DNA of 32,000 bases from Nitrosococcus oceani ATCC 19707 (GTDB lineage: Bacteria; Pseudomonadota; Gammaproteobacteria; Nitrosococcales; Nitrosococcaceae), in contig NC_007484.1 of assembly GCF_000012805.1 (NCBI RefSeq), forward strand, positions 90,001 to 122,000, in the 5' to 3' direction. Of this stretch, positions 6,931 to 14,322 are shown piece by piece. The position numbers and the translations under genes were made by a program. Numbering within the stretch: the first letter of the stretch is position 1; each line of letters starts with the position of its first letter. Under the pieces are notes generated by a model that saw only the letters and a list, made by a program, of their open reading frames with translations, was not told the DNA's origin and made no database searches.

Positions 6931-6972
6931 CCCCTCCGTGCGGGGTGTCGCTCAACGTTGACCCGTTATGCC
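6920..6972 (+). repeat. attC-like site ending in canonical GTTATGC
   Basis: ATCTGAACGGCCCCCTCCGTGCGGGGTGTCGCTCAACGTTGACCCGTTATGCC. 23 nt (6934-6956) match 5007-5029 with one mismatch. Confidence 0.55.
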
Positions 6973-6982
6973 GACAAGGAAC

Positions 6983-7217
6983 ATGGCAGTGAAGGCGATG
7001 AAATACTTCCAGGCAATTCGGGTCATACCGGATCGAGCGATCATCAAGGGCGAATGGATTCAACATGTAGTCCGGTTTCCTGAAAGAGAGCACTGACAGC
7101 CGAATAAAGCGATAGGCTAGAATTGAAGAAACGGAAAACCGATACTTGCGGGTAATCTTATTGCCGGCTGGCGAAACCATACATAACGCATTTTTTGATA
7201 GAGGGTACGAGGCATGA
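6983..7217 (+). pseudogene. DUF4258-family toxin-like gene, inactivated
   Basis: MAVKAMKYFQAIRVIPDRAIIKGEWIQHVVRFPERE. After a frame change it reads TDSRIKR*ARIEETENRYLRVILLPAGETIHNAFFDRGYEA. A TAG sits where I expect a conserved TGG (Trp). Its stop overlaps the next start (ATGA at 7214-7217). Confidence 0.55.
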
Positions 7218-7411
7218 AAGTCATCTATTTCGAAGACACTGACACGCTGTACATTAAGGTTCGCGGCAGTGATATCGCTGAGTCTAAAGACCTAGATGAG
7301 AACACTATTTTCGATATGGAAGCCAACGGTAACGTCCGCACTATCACGTTCGAGCATGCAAGCCAGCGCACCAATGTAAGCCGTTTGATTGTCGAAGGCA
7401 TTGCGGCATAG
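7214..7411 (+). CDS. DUF2283 domain protein (putative antitoxin partner of DUF4258)
   Basis: MKVIYFEDTDTLYIKV.....AESKDLDENTIFDMEANGNVRTITFEHASQR has the typical DUF2283 pattern (Y...D.LYI.......ES.........D.D..G.V.GI.I..AS). It is translationally coupled to the upstream pseudogene. Confidence 0.7.
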   Translation: MKVIYFEDTDTLYIKVRGSDIAESKDLDENTIFDMEANGNVRTITFEHASQRTNVSRLIVEGIAA

Positions 7412-7474
7412 CAATCCCATCAAGCTGATTGGGCTACGCTGTGCTCCGTCCAAAGGCTTAGCGGTTGTTAGGCA
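7406..7474 (+). repeat. attC-like site ending in canonical GTTAGGC
   Basis: GCATAGCAATCC (contains the TAG stop)...GGCTTAGCGGTTGTTAGGCAT. The outer boxes are about 8/12 complementary. The next ORF starts 20 nt downstream. Confidence 0.5.
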
Positions 7475-7493
7475 TATACAGGTAGGTGGCAGT

Positions 7494-8048
7494 ATGAGAT
7501 TTAAAGGCGTTCACCACATTGAGTTTTCAGTGCTTAATTACGAGGAGTCGATCCGATTCTTCGATCAGATGTTCGGCTGGCTTGGATACAGGAGTTTTTG
7601 GACATTAGATATCGGTTATAGGTCGACCTATTACATGGCCCGCTTCCCTTTCTTTCACAGTTACATTGGTATCCAACCGGCTAAAACGGGGAATAAGCTG
7701 GTGCATGTTGATCGTACCACTGGAGTACATCATATCGCGTTGTGGGCCAGGAACAGGAAGGAGGTCGATGACTTCCACATGGAGTTTCTGCTGAAAAATA
7801 ACATCGCTGTCACTAACCCGCCGAGCGAGTATCCAACTTATACTCCTGGTTACTATGCTGTGTTTTTTAATGACCCGATTACCGGAATTCACTTTGAGTT
7901 GAGCCACACGCCGATGCTACCTTCTCTGTCCAGCTATCTCGCGTGGATTCGGGCGCTAAAAAATATTTGGCGCAAGCACCCTGAATGGAAGGCGCCACCT
8001 TGGAAGGAATCGATGCGCAAGTTACCGTCAAGGCATGAGCAAGCCTAA
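7494..8048 (+). CDS. VOC (glyoxalase/bleomycin-resistance/dioxygenase) superfamily protein
   Basis: FKGVHHIEFSV.NYEESI.FFD..FGWLGY and TGVHHIALWA....EVD.F have the paired beta-alpha-beta-beta-beta module pattern. I prefer the ATG at 7494, because the ORF-track start at 7389 reads through the attC-like site. Confidence 0.72.
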   Translation: MRFKGVHHIEFSVLNYEESIRFFDQMFGWLGYRSFWTLDIGYRSTYYMARFPFFHSYIGIQPAKTGNKLVHVDRTTGVHHIALWARNRKEVDDFHMEFLLKNNIAVTNPPSEYPTYTPGYYAVFFNDPITGIHFELSHTPMLPSLSSYLAWIRALKNIWRKHPEWKAPPWKESMRKLPSRHEQA

Positions 8049-8247
8049 CAAAAAGTAGCCTTATCAATTTTGCACGTCCGCTTTTGATGTATTTTGGTCC
8101 GGAAGTTTTCCACCTTAAGCCAGTGGTAGAGGGTTTCGCGTGATACGTTAAATATTCGTGCGGCCTTTGTCTTACTGCCGCTATTATTTAGGTACGAGAT
8201 TGCCGCTCTATGACGGATGGGGTGAAAATCCTACTGTCCCGGTTCAT
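8045..8247 (-). pseudogene. IS630-family transposase N-terminal (HTH) fragment
   Basis: The minus strand reads ...RHRAAISYLNNSGSKTKAARIFNVSRETLYHWLKVENFRTKIHQKRTCKIDKATF. This fits the IS630/Tc1 OrfA HTH pattern (LR.RVI.Y...GGS...AA..F.VS..T.Y.W.K). The ATG at 8247 is in another frame, so the fragment is frameshifted. No DDE domain follows. Confidence 0.5.
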
Positions 8248-8302
8248 TTAGCTTAAAGAGAGGAAGTCGTATTTTATTGTCCTTAGTATTTGAATTCGGC
8301 GT

Positions 8303-8356
8303 GCCTAACAACGCGCCAACCGGACAGGTACTTCCTTTGCGCCGCGCCGGTTAGGT
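8303..8356 (+). repeat. attC site (most canonical copy): last recombination site of the array
   Basis: GCCTAACAACGCGCCAACCGG...GCGCCGCGCCGGTTAGGT. CCTAAC is complementary to GTTAGG, and the inner CCAACCGG/CCGGTT(A)GG arms also pair. Core-like sequence follows. Confidence 0.65.
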
Positions 8357-8554
8357 TGCTCAATACAATTTTTACCTGCTTTTCCTGTTATTATTTCCAT
8401 AGCTATCTTCTTTACTTTAGCAGGGATTATTTTACTGCTTATCTTTTAAATTATTTATAATACTAGCAGCTGAAGGTAAACTATTATTTCTTATGCCAAA
8501 ATTTAATATTCCCATGTCTCTTCCCATTCTGGCTAGCACCTTTAAACGATAGTA

Positions 8555-9265
8555 ATGAAGAAGACCCGCCTCCCGCTCCAGCGGAAAGCCCAGCTGCACC
8601 CATCCAAGGAAGAAAAGACGCCGTTATCTCAGCAAGAGCTGCTCCGGATCAGCCAAGAAACAAGAGATTGCTTTCTTCCACCAGCCTCCCCAGATAAAAC
8701 CCAGTTAGGGTTGATGGTCGTAAACCCCTATCGTGTTTACGCTTATTGGTCAATTCTGAACCAAGATCTTATCCGCGCCCATAAAAAACTCGGGATAAAG
8801 AAATCCGCTCAATGGGCGCTGCGGTTTTATGACTTTACTGCCGGGAAGCTTGCTATTAGCTCCAGTTTTGAAGTGGCTATCCCGAGGAAAGCCCATCATT
8901 GGTATATAGATCTTTGGGCTGACAATAAACATTATATGGCAGAGCTTGGATTAGCGGATTCTGAAGACCAATTTGTTGCCTTGGCACGCTCTAATATGAT
9001 AGAAACTCCCCGTGCTGGTTCTGCCGATCCTACCGCCCCGGTGATTTTCACGGGCCACGACCTTCAACCTTTCCATCCCGCTAAAACTTTTCCCCTAGAA
9101 TTTTCTGTTTCTCCAGAGGAGCGGGCTGTTCGAAGCCAGGAACTTACCGCCAGCTATTTTTCCTTTCTAGCGGAATCGTCACAAATTCAGCCTAAGGAAA
9201 ATATGCTTTCCAAGCCTAAATCGCTCTCCCAATGGTCCGCAAGCTTGCCCAAGAGGCGGTACTAG
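8555..9265 (+). CDS. DUF4912 domain protein
   Basis: LGLMVVNPYRVYAYWSI...WALRFYD......FEV......HWYIDLWADNKHYMAELG fits the DUF4912 pattern as I remember it. It sits 4 nt upstream of the GH57 gene. Confidence 0.65.
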   Translation: MKKTRLPLQRKAQLHPSKEEKTPLSQQELLRISQETRDCFLPPASPDKTQLGLMVVNPYRVYAYWSILNQDLIRAHKKLGIKKSAQWALRFYDFTAGKLAISSSFEVAIPRKAHHWYIDLWADNKHYMAELGLADSEDQFVALARSNMIETPRAGSADPTAPVIFTGHDLQPFHPAKTFPLEFSVSPEERAVRSQELTASYFSFLAESSQIQPKENMLSKPKSLSQWSASLPKRRY

Positions 9266-9269
9266 CTCC

Positions 9270-10871
9270 ATGGCCAGCGGTTATCTAAGCCTTATCCTAC
9301 ATGCCCATTTGCCTTATGTGCGGCATCCTGAACAGGAGGAAGCGTTAGAGGAACGGTGGCTGTTTGAAGCCATGACTGAATGTTACCTTCCCCTCCTGAC
9401 CACTTTTGAACGGCTAACGAATGAGGGAATTCCGTTTTACCTGACACTCTCCTTATCCCCAACCTTGCTCTCCATGCTTCAAGACCCCCTATTGCTGCAG
9501 CGCTATGGACTTCACATGGAGAAGCTTATTTCCCTAGCCGAGAAAGAAATCCGATATACCCGGGGCAATACTGATCTTAACCGGCTGGCGCGCCTTTACC
9601 GGCGCTGGTTTTTGCAGACACTTTCAGACTTTGAGGAGCGTTATCAGCGCCAATTGGTGCCGGCTTTTGCCCGTCTCCAGCAAGAAGGGGTCCTTGAGAT
9701 TATTACTTGTGCCGCTACCCATGGCTTTTTACCCTTGCTACAACCGGAGCCCACGGCTGTCTACGCTCAGCTCCAGGTTGCCGCTGATTACTACCGGCAA
9801 TGTTTTGGCATTGCTCCTAAAGGCATTTGGCTGCCCGAGTGCGCTTATTACCCAGGGCTTGAAAAGGTATTAAAAGCAGTAGGTTTCCGTTATTTTTTCA
9901 TTGAAACTGAAGCCCTTCTCCATGCCAGCACTCGGCCTCGCTATGACCATTTCGCTCCCGTTGCCTGCCCGAATGGGGTGGCTGCCTTTGGGCGGGAGCC
10001 AGCACTTTCGCGGCAAGTTTGGAGCGCCGAGGAAGGCTATCCTGGCGACGGTGATTACCGGGAATTCTATCGGGATGTGGGCTTTGAACGAGAACTGAGT
10101 TACCTTCAACCTTATCTTCCTGATGGCCGAATCCGGGTCGATACCGGCATGAAATATTATCGGGTAACCGATAAAACTGAGTATAAAGCTCCCTATCAAC
10201 CTGCTAAGGCCCAGGCTAGGGTTGCTTGCCATGCCGGTCACTTTTACCACCATTGCCTGCAACAGATAACAGGCGCCAACAGGATGGACCGGCCACCGCT
10301 CCTGGTTGCCCCTTACGATGCCGAATTGTTTGGTCATTGGTGGTTTGAAGGCCCCCAATGGCTCGAGCAGTTACTACGCCGGATCGGGACAGGGGAGGGA
10401 GCAATTCAAACCATCACCCCTTCCCAGTATTTGACTCAACACCCTGTGCTCCAGCAAGCGACACCGAACCTATCCAGCTGGGGCGATAGGGGCTATTATG
10501 ATTTTTGGCTCAATGAAAAAACTGACTGGATATACCCCCTGTTGCACCGGGCCGCGCGGCGCATGAAGGAGCTTACGATAGCTTATGGCCACGAGTCTAA
10601 GGGAACCCTTGCCGGCCGTGCCCTGGGACAGGCCGCTCGCTCACTGCTATTGGCCCAGGCTTCGGATTGGCCTTTTATCCTTCAAAATGGAACGACGGTG
10701 GAGTACGCCACTCGCCAGCTACAGGATCATTTGTCCCGCTTTCATTATTTAGAAATGGTTTTGGAAAGGAAAAGCTTTGATGAGCGCCGGCTACAGGCTT
10801 TGGAGGCCCTTGATAATATCTTCCCGGAACTTGATTACCGCGTTTACAAACACCCCTATAGGGAACGATAA
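9270..10871 (+). CDS. Glycoside hydrolase family 57 protein (GlgB-type alpha-glucan branching enzyme-like, DUF1957 C-terminus)
   Basis: GYLSLILHAHLPYVRH is the GH57 region 1. GIWLPECAYYPG carries the nucleophile Glu, and APYDAELFGHWWFEG carries the acid/base Asp. The ASDWPF block lies near the C-terminus. Confidence 0.88.
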   Translation: MASGYLSLILHAHLPYVRHPEQEEALEERWLFEAMTECYLPLLTTFERLTNEGIPFYLTLSLSPTLLSMLQDPLLLQRYGLHMEKLISLAEKEIRYTRGNTDLNRLARLYRRWFLQTLSDFEERYQRQLVPAFARLQQEGVLEIITCAATHGFLPLLQPEPTAVYAQLQVAADYYRQCFGIAPKGIWLPECAYYPGLEKVLKAVGFRYFFIETEALLHASTRPRYDHFAPVACPNGVAAFGREPALSRQVWSAEEGYPGDGDYREFYRDVGFERELSYLQPYLPDGRIRVDTGMKYYRVTDKTEYKAPYQPAKAQARVACHAGHFYHHCLQQITGANRMDRPPLLVAPYDAELFGHWWFEGPQWLEQLLRRIGTGEGAIQTITPSQYLTQHPVLQQATPNLSSWGDRGYYDFWLNEKTDWIYPLLHRAARRMKELTIAYGHESKGTLAGRALGQAARSLLLAQASDWPFILQNGTTVEYATRQLQDHLSRFHYLEMVLERKSFDERRLQALEALDNIFPELDYRVYKHPYRER

Positions 10872-10933
10872 ATAGGCGGTTCAGTCTATCGCGATATTTA
10901 ACCTAACTACATGAATGAGGGAGAAGCTACACG

Positions 10934-12397
10934 ATGTATATCGTTATGATCACGCCCGAGTGCGCTCCAATAGCAAAGGTGGGTGGTCTAGGAGATGTCG
11001 TTCAAGGGCTTTCTAATGAGCTTTCGATACGGGGCAATACCGTTGAGCTTATTCTCCCTAAATACGATTGTATGCGCTACGAGCGCATCTGGGGTTTGGA
11101 GAAAACCCATAATAATTTATGGGTGCCTTACCATGACCAGTGGATCCCTTGCGATGTGTATTTTGGTTTTGCGGAGGGGCTGAAATGCTTTTTCATTGAG
11201 CCCCATAATGGCTTTTTCCAGCGGGGGACCTATTACGGTCAGCCCGATGATCCCCAGCGCTTCGCCTTTTTCTGCAAGGCGGCGCTAGAATTCATGCTCA
11301 GGAGCAACAAATATCCGGAGATTATCCACTGCCACGACTGGCAAACGGGCCTTGTGCCGGTATTACTCTTCGAGCAGTATAAATATCTGGGGATGACTCA
11401 CCCACGAGTCTGCTACACTTTGCATAATATGCGGCACCAGGGGGTGACCGGTGGTCATATCCTCCAGCAGGTAGGATTAGATCCCGCAGCTTATATGACA
11501 CCAGAACGGTTACTCGACCATACTTACCCCCATGGGGTCAACCTGATGAAAGGAGGAATCGTCTTTTCCAATTTCATTACCACCGTTTCACCTCGCTACC
11601 TGGATGAAATCCGCTACACGGACCAGGGCTATGGTTTGCAACACACTCTTCATGAGCATAGTCAAAAACTAGGTGGGATCCTCAATGGTGTGGATTATAA
11701 GGTGTGGAATCCTGACATCGATCCCTACATTGCAGCTCGCTATAATCTGAAAACCCTGGACAAAAAATACGAGAATAAAACCGCCCTGCGCCATCGCTTA
11801 TGGCTACGGGATGAATATAAACCCATTGTGGGTGTTATTAGCCGTCTCGATCCGCAAAAAGGGGTCGAGCTTATCCGCCATGCCCTCTTCTATTGTCTTG
11901 CTAATGGCTGCCAGTTCGTTTTGCTGGGCGCTAGCGCCAGTAACAGTATCAATGCCGATTTCTGGTACCTCAAGCAATATCTGAATGATGACCCCGATTG
12001 TCACCTGGAAATTGGCTATGATGAAGATTTGGCCCACCAGATCTACGCAGGCGCCGATATGCTCATCGTTCCTAGTATTTATGAACCTTGTGGCCTCACC
12101 CAAATGATTGCCATGAAATACGGTACGGTCCCCATAGTGCGCCATGTGGGAGGGCTGGCGGATACGGTATTCGATGCTAATTACGCTCATAAACCGTACC
12201 ATGAGCGCAACGGTTTTGTCTTCCACGACTTTAACCATGAAGGGATAGAAGCTGCCCTCCATCGAGCTATTGGACTATGGTATGAATATCCCCAATATTT
12301 CCGGGAACTGATGGAAAACGGAATGCGTTATGATTTTTCCTGGAATCATCCAGGACAACATTACCTCAATATTTACCACCATATCCAAGAAATATAA
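10934..12397 (+). CDS. glgA: Glycogen (starch) synthase, GT5
   Basis: ECAPIAKVGGLGDVV is the KxGGL motif. HCHDWQTGLVP and the SRL..QKG, PS.YEPCGL.QM.AM.YGT.P.V...GGL.DTV blocks are present. Confidence 0.94.
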   Translation: MYIVMITPECAPIAKVGGLGDVVQGLSNELSIRGNTVELILPKYDCMRYERIWGLEKTHNNLWVPYHDQWIPCDVYFGFAEGLKCFFIEPHNGFFQRGTYYGQPDDPQRFAFFCKAALEFMLRSNKYPEIIHCHDWQTGLVPVLLFEQYKYLGMTHPRVCYTLHNMRHQGVTGGHILQQVGLDPAAYMTPERLLDHTYPHGVNLMKGGIVFSNFITTVSPRYLDEIRYTDQGYGLQHTLHEHSQKLGGILNGVDYKVWNPDIDPYIAARYNLKTLDKKYENKTALRHRLWLRDEYKPIVGVISRLDPQKGVELIRHALFYCLANGCQFVLLGASASNSINADFWYLKQYLNDDPDCHLEIGYDEDLAHQIYAGADMLIVPSIYEPCGLTQMIAMKYGTVPIVRHVGGLADTVFDANYAHKPYHERNGFVFHDFNHEGIEAALHRAIGLWYEYPQYFRELMENGMRYDFSWNHPGQHYLNIYHHIQEI

Positions 12398-12482
12398 GAG
12401 TTTTACAGTTAAGGTGTCTTCCCTAAAACTCTCTGTTAAGCGCTTTAATTCCGATGTGCTGAAACGAGCCATCGTGCCAATT

Positions 12483-14069
12483 ATGGCTGGGGGACTCTCG
12501 CTAATTTTCCTCTCCCTGGTAACGGTGAGTCCTTGGTGGCTGCTAGGACTTACCGTGACCCTGCCGCTAGTGGCGCTCGGCGTCTATGATTGGGTGCAGC
12601 AATGTTGGACCCTGACACGCAACTATCCAGCTGCTGCCCGCATCCGCTGGCTCTTCTACGACCTTCGGCCCTATCTGCGTGCCTATATCGTTGAGGACGA
12701 TTTAGAAGGCAAGCCATTTAGCTTTGATGCCCGTAACCTGGTTTACGCCCGCGCCCGAGGTAAGACCGATACTCACCCCTTTGGGACAGAGCGCGATCTG
12801 GCCTCTGATGAATATGAATGGCTGTGTCATTCCATGGCACCGGCTGAAAATCCAGAAAAAAACCCACGTGTCTCCATTGGCAGCGCCCAATGCGAGCAGC
12901 CCTATAACGCCTCACTCCTCAATATTTCGGCCATGAGTTTCGGCTCCCTCTCGGCCAGGGCGGTAGAAGCACTGAACAAGGGAGCACGGCTTGGCGGGTT
13001 TTATCATGACACGGGCGAAGGAGGTATTAGCCCCTATCATCTAAAGTGGGGTGGGGATCTGGTTTGGGAAATCGGTTCAGGCTATTTCGGTTGCCGGGAT
13101 GATAAAGGAAATTTTGACCCAGGCTTGTTTCATGAAAGCGCTACGCGCAATGAAGTCAAGATGATTGAAATCAAACTCAGTCAAGGCGCGAAACCTGGCT
13201 ATGGCGGGCTCTTGCCAGCTGCTAAGGTAACCGAGGAAATTGCGTGGGTACGTAAGGTTCCCAAGGGGCAAGACTGTCTCTCGCCTCGGAGCCATTCGGC
13301 CTTTTCTACTCCCTTGGAGATGTTGGAGTTCGCAGCTAGGATGCGGCAGCTTTCTGGCGGCAAACCGGTAGGCATCAAGCTTTGCGTTGGACAAGTTCAT
13401 GAAGTGCTGGCGATTATGAAAGCAATGCTCAAGACCGGTATCCATTTGGACTTTATCGTGGTCGACGGGGGCGAGGGGGGCACAGGGGCGGCACCGGTGG
13501 AGCTATCGGACTACGTGGGAATGCCCCTAACCGAAGGGCTGATGGTAGTTCGCAACGCCCTAGTTGGCACCGGACTGCGGGATAAGGTGCGGCTTGGAGC
13601 CAGCGGCAAAGTCTATTCAGGCGCTGGCATGGCCCGCAATTTCGCCATCGGCGCGGATTGGTGTAACGCAGCACGGGCTTTTATGTTTTCCATTGGCTGC
13701 ATTCAGGCCCAGCGCTGCCATTTGGGCACATGCCCAACCGGCGTTACCACGCAAGATCCTGGCCGCCAGCGGGGCCTGGTAGTGGATGTGCAGGCTAAAA
13801 GGGCAGCGCGGTTTCACCAACAAACCCTTACTGCGCTTGGCCATATCGTCGCCGCGGCGGGTCTGGCTCATCCTCGCGATCTGCAGCCTTATCATCTTAT
13901 TCGCCGAGTTGGCACAGCCGAGGCTAAACTCTTTGACCGAATTTATCCCTTCCTGCCGGAAAACGCCCTACTTGAGGGGGCCGAAGATACTCCCTACAGC
14001 GAATGGTGGCAGGCTGCTAATCCTGCCAGTTTTCGGCCGCGTATTGACTTGGCCGCTGCACGAATCTAA
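12483..14069 (+). CDS. Membrane-anchored FMN-binding glutamate-synthase-domain-2 family protein (GltB-like)
   Basis: Two N-terminal TM helices are followed by LRNYP-type RNYPAAARIRWLF. KLSQGAKPGYGGLLPAAKV and VVDGGEGGTGAAP are FMN-domain motifs, and C..G.C...C.LGTCPTG is present. The ORF-track start at 12330 overlaps glgA by 68 nt. ATG 12483 or GTG 12456/12414 are more likely starts. Confidence 0.83.
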   Translation: MAGGLSLIFLSLVTVSPWWLLGLTVTLPLVALGVYDWVQQCWTLTRNYPAAARIRWLFYDLRPYLRAYIVEDDLEGKPFSFDARNLVYARARGKTDTHPFGTERDLASDEYEWLCHSMAPAENPEKNPRVSIGSAQCEQPYNASLLNISAMSFGSLSARAVEALNKGARLGGFYHDTGEGGISPYHLKWGGDLVWEIGSGYFGCRDDKGNFDPGLFHESATRNEVKMIEIKLSQGAKPGYGGLLPAAKVTEEIAWVRKVPKGQDCLSPRSHSAFSTPLEMLEFAARMRQLSGGKPVGIKLCVGQVHEVLAIMKAMLKTGIHLDFIVVDGGEGGTGAAPVELSDYVGMPLTEGLMVVRNALVGTGLRDKVRLGASGKVYSGAGMARNFAIGADWCNAARAFMFSIGCIQAQRCHLGTCPTGVTTQDPGRQRGLVVDVQAKRAARFHQQTLTALGHIVAAAGLAHPRDLQPYHLIRRVGTAEAKLFDRIYPFLPENALLEGAEDTPYSEWWQAANPASFRPRIDLAAARI

Positions 14070-14224
14070 GTCCCAAAAGAGAGAGCAATTTATGGTGAAA
14101 AATCCATCGTAAGCAATCTGGTTACGGTATTGTGGGTGATACCATCAACCACTTTACCGATGATGGGACAAGTATCCCCTGAAGAGAGAAGAGGTCAATT
14201 AGAAAAGGCTTTTACTTCGAGCAA

Positions 14225-14252
14225 GTGCGGCCGCCTACCGTCATGGCCGCAC
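14225..14252. terminator. GC-rich hairpin between convergent genes
   Basis: GTGCGGCC-N12-GGCCGCAC, an 8-bp perfect stem. It lies between the gltB-like stop (14069) and the CBS gene stop (14323). There is no clear U-tract. Confidence 0.35.
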
Positions 14253-14322
14253 AGGCAGCTTTGTGGTGTGCGGATTAGAGACAGCAGGCGGCCTAGAAGA
14301 TGCGATAGGACAAACTTGTCCC

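Larger units (their letters stand above)
1..8356 (+). mobile_element. Integron-type gene-cassette array, distal part (intI/attI expected upstream of the window start)
   Basis: Intact genes are co-oriented and separated by attC-like imperfect inverted repeats. Stop codons are embedded in the YTAACAA box at 3249-3251, 7409-7411 and 8046-8048. GC is mosaic (about 38% at nirK, about 55% at budC). Cargo is typical of cassettes (TA modules, VOC/glyoxalase, IS debris). The last canonical site is at 8303-8356, followed by core genes. Confidence 0.55.

Noticed and set aside
7389-7493. N-terminal extension of the VOC gene in the ORF track
   Set aside because: The extension translates the attC-like repeat. 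The ATG at 7494 begins exactly where VOC-fold similarity starts.
9631-14112. Numerous 60-160-codon ORFs inside or antisense to the GH57, glgA and gltB-like genes
   Set aside because: All overlap strongly supported genes in other frames, and none has a recognisable motif.
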